NCBI RefSeq assembly: GCF_036321535.1
Contig: NC_087437.1
Location: 34,164,001 to 34,228,000 of the forward strand
Length of the DNA: 64,000 nucleotides
Direction: 5' to 3'
Origin: Camelus dromedarius
Lineage: Eukaryota
A program made the translations under genes and the position numbers. Shown piece by piece: positions 24,292-36,200 of the stretch (positions are counted from its first letter, which is position 1; each line of letters begins with the position of its first letter). Below the pieces are notes generated by a model, which worked only from the letters and a program-made list of their open reading frames with translations, searched no databases and had not been told where the DNA came from.

Positions 24292-27200
24292 CTAACAAAA
24301 CAGAGAAACAAATTCAGGGATTCTTTGTTGGGGGTGGGGGGTGAGGTTCATGCTTTTAAAGAAAACTACTCATCCATTTCAAAAAGGAACTCCTAGAAGT
24401 GGCCGGGTTTTCCTGAGCTGAAGATACCTATGCGGTTTTCAAAGGCTGTGGTTACAAGACACTGAAACATCCCGATAAAAGTACAAAATTCAGCCAATTA
24501 ACCAGATATTTCGGCTACATGAGGGCATCAAACACTGGTAAATTTTGGTGTTTGTTTGTTTGTTTTTAACTAAGAAGATTTTTTTTCCTATTTAATTAGG
24601 GGATACTAAACTTTTATGATCCTTTTTACTGTTAAAAACAAAGTCACAAATCCTTTTACAGTTTCATGTCAAGTGTCTGGTGAGGTCAGGAGCAGATAAA
24701 AACAAAACAAAACAATAACAATACATTCTACAGGGTTTGGGAGGGAGTCAGAGCTCCAAGCCTTCCTCTGACGGACAAGGCTGTGATAATTCTTTATCAC
24801 AGCACAGCAGCCATTGCTGTCAAAAGGCAGATGTGCCTGTGTGTAAATCAGTAGATTTCCAAATGTGGGCCTCAGTGATTTACATAATTTCAACACATCT
24901 AAGAAAGAGAATAAAAAAAATTTGATATTGAAACTGGCTATTCTATTTGCTTGCAGCTTCTGCACCCAAACTCTGGTGTAGGAGTTCAGAAAGCTCGCCC
25001 ACCACGCTGGACAGCCTCCTGAGAGGTCAGCGCATGCTTGTACTTTTTGTATAACCTTTTAGGGCACAGACACACTTTTGCGTGCTTTAAGGAATAAAAA
25101 GTCTGAATAGAATTCCAAATAAAAATCTCTCTGACTTGCCGAGACTTCTGAGAAGTAACACCACATTTGTTAATCGTGATAACAATATACAATAATCAAA
25201 GTTGTGAAGTGGTTTGACCACGGGTATAACAATGTGCTAAGTCAAGCCACACAAAAAAAGAAGTGCTTAAAAACAAAGGAAGGAACCGTGCGGTTTTCTG
25301 GATCGAGACCAGAAACAACTCCGTCTAGCCCTCTCTGGGGCTCTGCTCTTCCCCTTTCCTTCTTGGCTACTGAAGGTTCACTAGTGCCACCCTGTGGCCT
25401 CCCCGAGCATTGCTTCAGCACCACAGACGGCCCAATGCGACCGGCTAGGTCTCCATTAGGGACATTATCTACCCCTTGCTGCGACTCACTACCTGCCTGG
25501 AACTTTACCTGCATTACCTCTTTTCAGTCTCACAACAGGGCAGTGAGGGTTTTACATCCATTTCACAGATAGGCACATAGAGGCTTAAAGTTAGGTAAAG
25601 AATTTGCTTAGTCATGGATATATTGTACAACACAGGGAAAATAGCCAAGACTTTATAACTATAAATGGAGCATAGCCTGTAAAAATTGTGAATCACTATA
25701 TTGTGCACCTGTAACTTATATAATTTTGTACATTAACTTCTCTTCAATTAAAAAAAAAGAATTTGCTTAGTCACAAACCTAGCCAGCACTTGAGATGAGA
25801 TTTAAACGCTCCCTGACTCCACGCACAAACCACCTTTAGTAAGATTATGGTCACCCACGTGCTTACTGCTGCATTTGCAGAATTATGTGGACCCAAGCTT
25901 ATAAATAAGCAAGCAACACATTCTATGGTAGAAATATGCTATTTGCAAAGACACAGCTAGATTCCAAGAAAGTGGCTAATTAAAGATAATTTCCTGCTTA
26001 CCTCTCAGCACATCTTGCACCTCAACCGAATCGACATTTTTCAAGCAGTTACATAAATTCTGAGCTGTGGCGTTACTCTGCTCCTTTTCTTGCCACTTCT
26101 TCAGCATCCGAAACTTATTCATTGTAACGTCTTCTTTCTTCTCCATGATAGCATCAATATCGCTAATTTTCAACTTCAGGTTGGCAATGGCGATTTTTAC
26201 CCACTCCTGCCCCAGCTTCTCAGCAAGGCTTATCAGCTGAGTGTCTGTTAACAAGGCTTTAGTCTTTGCCCCATCTAAACGCAGATGAAGAATTCACAAT
26301 GAAAATACATTCTCTTTATATGAAAAAAGAAACCACAATTTGAAAATTTAATAACTGCTTTTAAGATATATTTAAGTGACAAAAAAATTCTTGCTTTCCA
26401 AACTATTTTTAAAGACAGAAGGGAACAATTTCCTATAACATGAAACTGGGGCACAGTGCTTGCTCCCAATGATAATTCAATAACTCAGGGAATGAAATTG
26501 TTTTACAAAGCAGCACAGATTAGGTTGGAGTTAAAAAAAAAAATCAAGACACCGAAAATAATTTATGTGGCTCAAAAAGAAAAATATACAGCTGTTACCC
26601 TTGCCCACCTCTGTGTCTTTAAGTGTTAAAGCCACATACAAAATGCTACCTTTAAGTGGTCACTAAAGAGGCAGGAAGGGAGATGACCTGTAGTCTCCGT
26701 TCTGCCATCTCCTGGCATTGGGGGGAAAAGCACAATCCACAGAAAAGTCACAGGAGGGTATCTGTACTATCTGTTGCTAAGAAACAGGGTCATAATCTTG
26801 GAAGGATATACGTTTGCCAGTGCAAACTATTGGCTCCATAAAAATATTAGCCCTGTTTTCTACGTTCACGTGTTTTAGCTGGTTTGTGCTATGGTGAAGC
26901 AAAGCTCACTGGCTGCTGAGTCTCCTTTAAGGATCCTCAAGGTCTTACAAACACTTGGAGGTGACAGTGGAAGGCAGAGAGAGGGAAGAGTCCCTTCTGC
27001 CCCTCTCCCATGACCACAACACTTTCGCTCATCTACAGCCAACAGTCTATTCATGTAAACCAAACATACATATTAGACCCTAACCCACTTCACAGTTTCC
27101 TCTCCAGCCTTCTAGACTGGAGGATGGGTTCTAAAGGGGTGCCCCTGCCCTCCAGAGGTTTCCCGGTGCCTAGACGAGTGCACCTCTCGGCCTGCTGCCA

Positions 27201-30200
27201 GGAAAACTCCCCAGGGAGTCTATTAACACGGCCAGTCCTTGGGCTGTCCCCGAAACTACCACATCAGACTCTTAACCTAAATTTAACAAGATCTCAAAGT
27301 GATTCTGTTAAGGTTGAGAGTTGACCATATTTTTCAAATTTTTTACTTTTTAATATTTTTAATTGAAGTATGGTCAGTTACAATGTGTTGACTTCTGGTG
27401 TACAGCATAATGTCCCAGTCATGCATATACATACATATATTCATCTGCATATTCTTTTTCATTAAAGATTATTACAAGATATTGAATATTATTTTATTTT
27501 TTTGAGGGGAAATTTTTTTTTGTAAGGGGGAGGTAATTAGGTTTTTATTTTACTATTTATTTATTTATTTTAATAGACGTACTGAGGATTGAACCCAGGA
27601 CCTTGTGTATGCTAGGCACGCACTCTACCATTGAGCTACACCCTCCCCACCACTGAGCTACACCCTTCCCAAGAGAGCTGACCATATTTTAAAAAGCAAC
27701 ATGGTGATATGCTGAGCCTGATACACCAAGATAGAGACTCAACAGCTCAAAACATGTTGCAGAAATGCCTAAACAAAAGTAAATCTTTATTAATTTATTT
27801 GACATCATATTGTCAACTCTAAAGTGGTTAGAAATCCTTAATCTTTCTAGGTAGCATCTGATCATTTGAATTCTATTTCTAGCTACTTGTTATTGGAGCT
27901 AATTTCAAAACAGCCAAATAATTTCAAGAAAAGAAAACTTTTCCTATGTATCAATTTAATACAAAATTGTGTCCCATTCAGTTATAAATGAGTAAGTCCT
28001 GAAGATCTAATCTATAGCACAGTGACTCTAGTTAATAATACTGTATTGCATACTTGAAACTTGCTCAGAGAGTAGGTTTTATGCATTCTCACTACCACCA
28101 AAAAAAAAAGGTGACTATGTGAGGTGGTAGATGTGCTAATTAACTTGATTGGTAAATATTTCACGATGTATACATACATCAAAACATCACCTTTATACTT
28201 TAAATCTATACAATTTTATTTGTCAATTATATCTCAATAAAACTGGAAAAATATTATATCCCAATTTGGTTAAGTAAATTGGTTAAGTTAAAATAACTGT
28301 TAAGTAAGTTAAGTTAAGGCAAAATAATTCCAGAGCCTCACTTATTCTGATGTTCACTTAATAAAAATTAAAAAAAAAGTCTCTAGTGACACGCAGTAAA
28401 ATCAGACACGTGTCATCCTCACCACCGCCTGCTCTAGGAAGTGAAAGATCTTATTTTAGTCTATAGAGAGAGTTTATCTGCTTTTAGAGATTCACACTTT
28501 CTTACAATAGTAAAATAAAGGGTATTTTGTTGAAAAGATTTAATCTGGGGAGTTACATGAGGCTCCCAAAGCCTTGAGACCTTGTCTCGTATAATTTGAG
28601 TCTGGGTTTTTAAAACTCAAATTTGTGAGTTCTGGACTTGAATTCTGAGGCACATACTCCATCTTCTGGCTCCTCAGAGCACCATTGTTACGTGTCTAAA
28701 TCTCTATTGTATTTTCACAACTATCGAGCTTTGGTCTCTGCCATTTAATTGGAAAAAATTAGGTTGACTCTAGTCTCCAATAATTGAGCTGGCGGCTCCC
28801 TCCCCTAAATGTAGCTAATAACTGTGAAACCGGTGACTGCACACATGCACATTCATTATCTTCTGCATAAAAGGCTGCACGCTCAGTGCTATGGGAAATG
28901 CACAGATGGCCAGGCCGTGGTCCTGCCCCTAGGGGCTGCAGGAGCTTCCCCTCCTCCCGTTCTCATCCCACTGAGTGAAGGGGAGGAGCGGGCAGTCAAG
29001 CTGGAAAAGTAGGCTGGGGCAGACCAAAGGGGACCCTTACCCAGGCCTGAGAAGCTAGGACACAGGGAGAAGGTATCTGGGAGGCACATCTGGGATGTGT
29101 TCCAGGAAGACTGACCCGAGAAGCACATGTGCTGGATGAATGTCAAGGCGGGAGACCAGGGAAAATGATTTAGAGCCACTGATGACATTTTTACAAACCT
29201 GAAGTGTCAATCTGCTTCATTCTTTTATCATAGACCACTTCATCAGGTAAGCTGCTACTCATTTTTCGACGCCTGTTACCTTTAAAACACAACAGCAACA
29301 AATTGGCTTTCCCTTATGGTTGTTAGTATCCACCCATCTTCAAAATGGATTTAAAAAAATCATCATACAAATAGAAACCAATTGAAAATGGATTCAGAGG
29401 TGTTTAGACGATTTAAGAGTTATGGAACACTTAACAGATCCTTGATGTTACCGTATTTGCACAGCAAAATTAAAATTCTAGTGGATGGAAAGAACAGAAG
29501 TTTAATGTCCAGTTATGAGCACTCACCACTTGTGCTGCTTTTCGAAATGTTCCGATTCCGATCTTGCTGAATCCAGTCACCTGTGAAAGTACCATAAGCA
29601 TCAACTGGAAAAAGTGGTATGAAATTTGAATTAAAGCAATCGATTTGTGAAAACACGGAAGCCCTAGGGTCTTGGCAATCTCCCTAAAGTTCAAATATGA
29701 GTGTGGAGTTTTAACTTGGTACGTACGCAAATGCACTGGGCTTGGACTCTTGAGATAAATCACAAGGACTCCTTCCAACATGTCTTGTGAGACAAGTGTT
29801 TCCCAAACCTCAGTCGTCTGCAAACCACCGTCATGATACATGCCCTACCCACATGCCAGGTGAAATGTCATTTCTTCTGCATTTCTTCAAATCTAGAACT
29901 ACTGCGATCAGAACACTGGCATTGTGTGCCAGGTGGACAAGGAAGCCGTAAAAATAAACATTTTAAGTTTATTTTTCTCCACGTAAAAGAATCTCATACA
30001 TATATATTAGCCTTCTGTAGTTTGGAAAACCCTGTACTTGGGGAATTCTTTCTGGATACTTCATTCTGACTGGACAGCACCTGCCGTGTGTGAAATTCAG
30101 CCCCCGTTCTGACGTACCGACGTCTCAGGAGGCCTTTGATAGGTCTCTGGAGTGAAGACGCCTGAAAAGTGATGAGCAGGTGCTGCTAACCAGTAGGATA

Positions 30201-33200
30201 GAGCCCCCAGATAATGCAGACCAGGGCCACCTTAGCATGCAGACTGTGATTACACAAGGTTACAAAGAGACCTTATAAAGTGGTCTCTAAAACTACCCCG
30301 AGAGAGACTCAGTCTAGAAGAACATCAGTTGTTCGGGTGGCGACATGTTAAATACCTTCATTACTGTGGCATTTGCTGTGATTAAAAAGTAACATCTTTC
30401 AGGTTCACTTGTTTGACAAATTAATGAATACCAAGAGAAAAATAATACAACCCCCAATGCAGAGTCCTGCCTAGGACTCTTCCCGGCTAAGTAACTGTAG
30501 TTTGGATGAAAGGCTAATTTAAGGGTCTAATACTGACAATAAGAATCACACCCATAGAAAAGCTTCCTTCTTGGACTAGGACAGAAATCCAAACCGATCT
30601 GACTGGGTGTCGCATCTGGAGGAGAAAGACGTGAGAGCAAATATGGGCTCTAGGCACCCGCTCTCTGGGGACTTGGATGGTGAGGGCCTGAGAACCCGAG
30701 CCGGCACTTTTGTCCCAGTGGCTGGGGCCTTCGTTTCTCTTAATCGAAGTTTGTCACGTCCCAGTGATGGGATGGACGACTGCCCCGTCTGCCTGCCCAC
30801 CTCCCCACCCCGCCCCGCCCCGCGACCCCGCCCCAACCCCACCAAACCAGAGTTTTAACTCAAGATGCAAAACATGAAACACTCACACTCTCTCAGTTTT
30901 GCTTTCCATACAATTTCCTCGGAATCCATCTCCACCAAAAGTAACTTAAACTCCACCGGTTGCTCCAAATACACTTCAATATAACTTTTCAATTTTAAAA
31001 GTGAACCATCCACAAATTCAATTTCCTTTAAAAAAAAAAGTGACATTCTTACATTTAAAAGTTGCACTAATGAACAACATAAAATGTCAGATAAAGAATA
31101 ATGACCATTAAAAGGGTTAGTGCTTGCTGGACCACCCCACTGAAATCGTGACCTTGGAAATCCCACCACTCAATCACTTGTCCTCTTACTCTCTTCCTTC
31201 TAGACCTTCCCACTCTTACTCCAAACTGCATTTCTACCTTACTGAAGCTTCCTTTCTAGTCCCGTGGCCCCATCTGTCAGCCCTTTCCTGATTCTTCAGA
31301 TGGAACGTGGGCTCACCCATCAGCCACCCTTTCCCAGGTGCTTTTAAACTCCTCACCATCCTCTCCTTGGAGCATGCTCCAATCTGCGACTGACTCAACA
31401 TTCACAGAACTATGTGGAGGGTTTTACCTATAGTTCCTCATTGGACAAATCCTTTTATGACTATTTCATGGATAAAGAATCCCAGAGAAGCAAATGAACT
31501 TGCCCAAGTCCACATGCAGGAAGTGATGAAACCAGAATTTGAATCCACATCTTTTGACTCCAGAGTGTGAGCTCTTAACCTCTACATGGACTGCCTCCTC
31601 CTCCCACCTCCTCTGCTCCTCTCCAGACTGGCTAGCAAGCCTGGCTGAGAAGTACATTCTTAATAAATAACACTGAACTGCACTGGGCATCACCCCCCAA
31701 ACCGGTGGTCTTAACCTGCCCCCCTCTCTTTCTGCTCCAAGTCACTAGCATTATCCTCACAACCTTCCAGGGGTCACACACCAGGGTCCATAATGCTGAG
31801 ACAACTCCTTCCCCTGGCCCCACTCCTCCCAAAGTCCTCCACGTTCCCATTCCCCAAAGCCTCCCGGGGGCCTCCAGCCCAGCCGCACATTCCTGTCACC
31901 TCTCAGGCATCTGCAAACCCAGGCAAACTTCCCGCATGTGAAAAGCCTCCCTGGAAAAACCCACTGTACCTCCTGCCCATCTCTATAGTAATACCACATT
32001 ACGTTAAAATTATTTCTTTGCATGAATGGAGTACTTCCCTCACTACACTGGCATCTTTGAGGGAAAAGACTGTGACTTACTAGGGGCGGCGGGATAGCTC
32101 AGTGGTAGAGCATATGCTTAGCACGCACCAGGTCCTGGGTTTAATCCCCAGTACCCCCACGGGGAAAAAAAAAAGCCTGTGACTTACTTCTTTTTTAACT
32201 CTTAGCTCTCATCCCAGGCTGACTTGTAATAGGCACTCCTGATCAATGTCAGTTAAACAAATCATTAATGGTATAAAACTGAAAAGAACACCTTATAGTT
32301 ACACAGAGTGTTAAAAATTTTCAGAGTACCCACAAACCATCACTTTATATGATCTTTACAGAAAACCTGGGAGATTATTCCCATCTTATAGGCCAGAGAT
32401 TTGGTTGAGAGAGAGAGCACACAGTGAGTCGTAAAACACAGATTATTTAAAGTCCCCCAGCTATCAACATCTTTTGTGAAAAAGAACTCCTGGGACCACC
32501 TTGGTCTCTTCCTGGACAGATTCACCTATTCAATAGGTATTATTCCCTCTCCTAGTGGTTCTTTAACTTGGCAACACATTACAGGCACCTGGGAGCTTTA
32601 ACAAACCCAATGCCCAGGCCTTCCCCAGACCAATTAAGTCAGCGTCCCTAGAGGTGGGACCCAGGCCACAGAATTTTTTTTTAAAGCTCCCCAGGGGATT
32701 CCATTGCAGCAAAGGCCAAGAATCACTGCTCTAAGCAAACTCTTCTAATTTAATTCCACTTCCCAGACAAGGCTGCAGTTTGCTTCTTGTGATTGTCTTG
32801 CTGTACCATCGGCCAGGGCTTGATCAGCTTGGGAGGGCCAAGAATTAACCTCTCAGATCCCAGTGGGAAGACGGCGGCTTTAGAAGCCAAAGGCAGCTGG
32901 GGCTCTGGGCCGAACTTGCCGCTGCCCGGGTATGTGGCCTGGGCAGACTGCCCGCCTGCATCAGTTTCCTCAGCCATGTAGCTGTAAGGCTTAAATAATT
33001 CAAAGGGTGCGAAGAGACCCTTTAAAACCAGAAAGGAAGGTAATAGAAGACTGTCTGATCAACTCGACAGCTTGATCAGGGTTTGTGATTGCTGCTACAG
33101 GGCACTGGGTGCCTTGATGATACAATAAAATGATGCAACATGGACCCCACTGCAATTAGCTCTCTTGCCTCCCATCTTAACTTAATGGAATCAAAACATG

Positions 33201-36200
33201 TTTTCAGCTTTTCATAAACTATAAAATAAAAAGACAAACAAAAGGAGGCATACAAAGGAATTTGCACACAGAGGTCCAGGCTCGACAAGCTGTGGCATAT
33301 ATGCTCAGAGCACACCGTGAAAATAAGTTTTCAAAATAACCAAGTCATTTCTGAGAAATCAAAGTCACTTTACAAATGTCATGGTGTTTACAGACAAATT
33401 TGATGACAATCTGTCCTCTATTTTTCAAATGCCTTCCAGTAAGAAAAGCCCAATATCCCTTGTTAGCAACTCCCTTCCATTAACCTTTAATGCTCTGTGT
33501 GACTTCAAATTAAACTTAAGGTTTGTATTCCTTTGAAGCTAACACTGTTTGAAGAGTTTAATTAAAAATTCAAGAAAATGGAAAACCTTTTGAAAGGGAA
33601 AGAGACTGGGGAGTCTATTTTCCCAATGACTGCAGCATCCTAAAATTCAGCAGGATCTTTGAAATAAGCTACAAGATGAGAAAAACACAATTGCTTTCTT
33701 AGACGGTGGGAAATAAAAAAATGAGAACAAAATACATTATTTGTAGTATCTGCAAAACACCACAGCTAAGAGATCCACATCCCCACTGCCCCTCTGAGGT
33801 GGTTTTAAGAGCTCTACCTCTGGGGTGATTTCGGCTTCCGGCTCACTAATCAGTCTGTACTTCTTCCCATTCTGCAACAACTTCAGGCAAACAGGAGGCT
33901 TGTCGACTTTCATGAATTTCTTAGAGGAGTGCTTTATAGACTTGGAAATATCCTAAAGGTGGAAACAGGTTTTGGTTTTGAAATCCATCAGCAACAACAG
34001 TAAGAAATGTCAGATTATAGGCAGGGCACGTGCCAGCCTGCATTATCTTCACTTCTGACTACAAAGTGACAGCCCTGAAGTAGCTTTCACAGTGCTCACA
34101 AGGGGGAAAAAAGGCCACAGAGGCTTGAGGCGCCTTTGATCTGTACTTCAGGCTCCCAGATCGCCAAACATCTTTCTGCAAAAGCACTACGGCCAAAAGC
34201 AACCCTTCTACCCTGTGTGGCACCGACCATTTGCTCCTGAAGGATGTGAGTTCAGTTAGCACTAGCAGTGCACCTGTGGACAGAAGGCAGCTACTTTACT
34301 CTACAGGGTTCCAGCTTACTCAGTGTGTCTCTGTCCCACACTTTATAGTTTCCATCCTTATTTTCACAACTACCCCTTTGACGTGGGCCTACGGGGGGCG
34401 CTGACTTTACATGTATTGTTCAAATGCCCCCAAGAGGTTAAAGTAAGCGTTGGCCCAGGCTCCCTTGGTAAAGCAGCTGTCACAGCTGAACATGAAATTT
34501 AGGTTTCCTGAGGCAGAATTCAAGGAAATCTTTTTCTACTTAGGGGGAAAAAAAATCAACCCATGAAGAAAAGTGTAAAAATAAAACATCAGCCAGGAAG
34601 GACATCCTGCCTTACCAGTGCCACGCTCCCCATTGTTCTGGCGGCAAACGTCTCTACATGTGCTGATATAATCAGCCCCCACCCCAGCTTCCTAGGAAGA
34701 GGGGTAATCCCCTTTTAATAACTGAATTTACTTAAAAAAATATAAAGTTCATTAAACAACAGTACTTATTCCAAATCTATGCTAATTATACTTTAAATTA
34801 TTCTCATACCATTCTGAAGATTACTTTCCCAACTGAAAGTATTACCTTAATGAGATTACAGGAAGCATGTTTTACCTTCTTAGGAAGAAACTAAAAACCC
34901 ATTACTTAATAAAGTTTTTATACTTTAATACATATGGCTAATTATAATCAGTATAACATTTTTAAAGTGTGAAAATACTACAACCAAAGACCACTGGGAG
35001 TAGATCGTTTGATAGAGATTCTGTAGCTCAAATTATAACTCTTAAATTAGCACACTTTATTACAGCTCTAATGCTCATTTAACTTCTGTCAAACCCTGAT
35101 TTCGAATCTGAAAGTATAATCTTGTGTCACTGCTTTATCTGCTATATTTCAGCCGACCTCTAAGTCGGGCTATGAAAGGAGATTCGGTTCCCTTTGTTCT
35201 AAACAATACTGTTTGGAAAATGGGCTGAACGTCACAGCCTTATTCGGTGTTCTGGAAAACTGGTTCCATGGTGAATATCTAAACCCTTTCCCTCAGGCCA
35301 GGCTGCCTTAAACACATGAGGTGCTTCATGAATATTTGTTGCTTCAGAAACCAGAATGTTGAACCCATGAACAATGGGTCAAATTTTTATCCAAAAAATT
35401 GTTCTGCAGTGAGTTACCCTGAGAGGCCCATCTTACTGGTGGAGCTTTAGGCGCAGAAGAAACCTTCGGTCACCCTACCCTCGATGCCCAGTGCATCCCA
35501 GGGCCGGTGCTTCTCCAGCTCCACGTGCACACCAGTCACCTCTGAGTCTGCAGGGCTGGGTGGGGCTGAGACTTGGCACTGTAACGAGCTCCCTGCTGAT
35601 GTCACCACTCTGGCCCCTGGTCCCTGGTCCCCAGCAAAAAGGCTGTAGAAAACAGATGGCCTAGGCTGTCCACCAGGCAATCTCCTCCAAGGCCAGGCCT
35701 GCTTGCCTGGGCCAGCCCCAGCTCTGAAGAGCTCTTTCCCCATTTGTTATCTTCACAACACTGTTTACATGTACAAACAATCATACTCCCTGGATCTGAG
35801 GACTCAGCACACACACACCAGCCACGGACTTTACGACCTCTGTGGGAGCACCAAATCAGACCCGCCGCTGAGGGGGGACACAAAGCAACAGGGACAGGAC
35901 CCACCCAGATGTCGTGTCATGTCTGAAAACAAAGTATTCAACATTTAGTATTCATTTCATTGGCTTTACCTTGATGAAGGACTCATTATTGGTTGCTATG
36001 TACACTCGAAAAGACAAGGATGGATTATGGTCAATGGCTTTGTACAGAATCACGGCCCCGTGGTGGAACACCGTTTCTTCGCTTTGAATAACAGGTCCCA
36101 CAGGAGAAAGAGAGCTCACGCGCCATTTGACATGGGTTGCAGAGTGGTCCACGGTGTATTCTAACGAGGCCCCAGTACTTTTAACATGCAAGACTTTGAA

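Noticed and set aside
30118..30161. Possible 44-nt exon between exons 14 and 15
   Set aside because: Not frame-preserving, and exon 14 joins exon 15 to give the FIIND-like ending KLRECDW directly.
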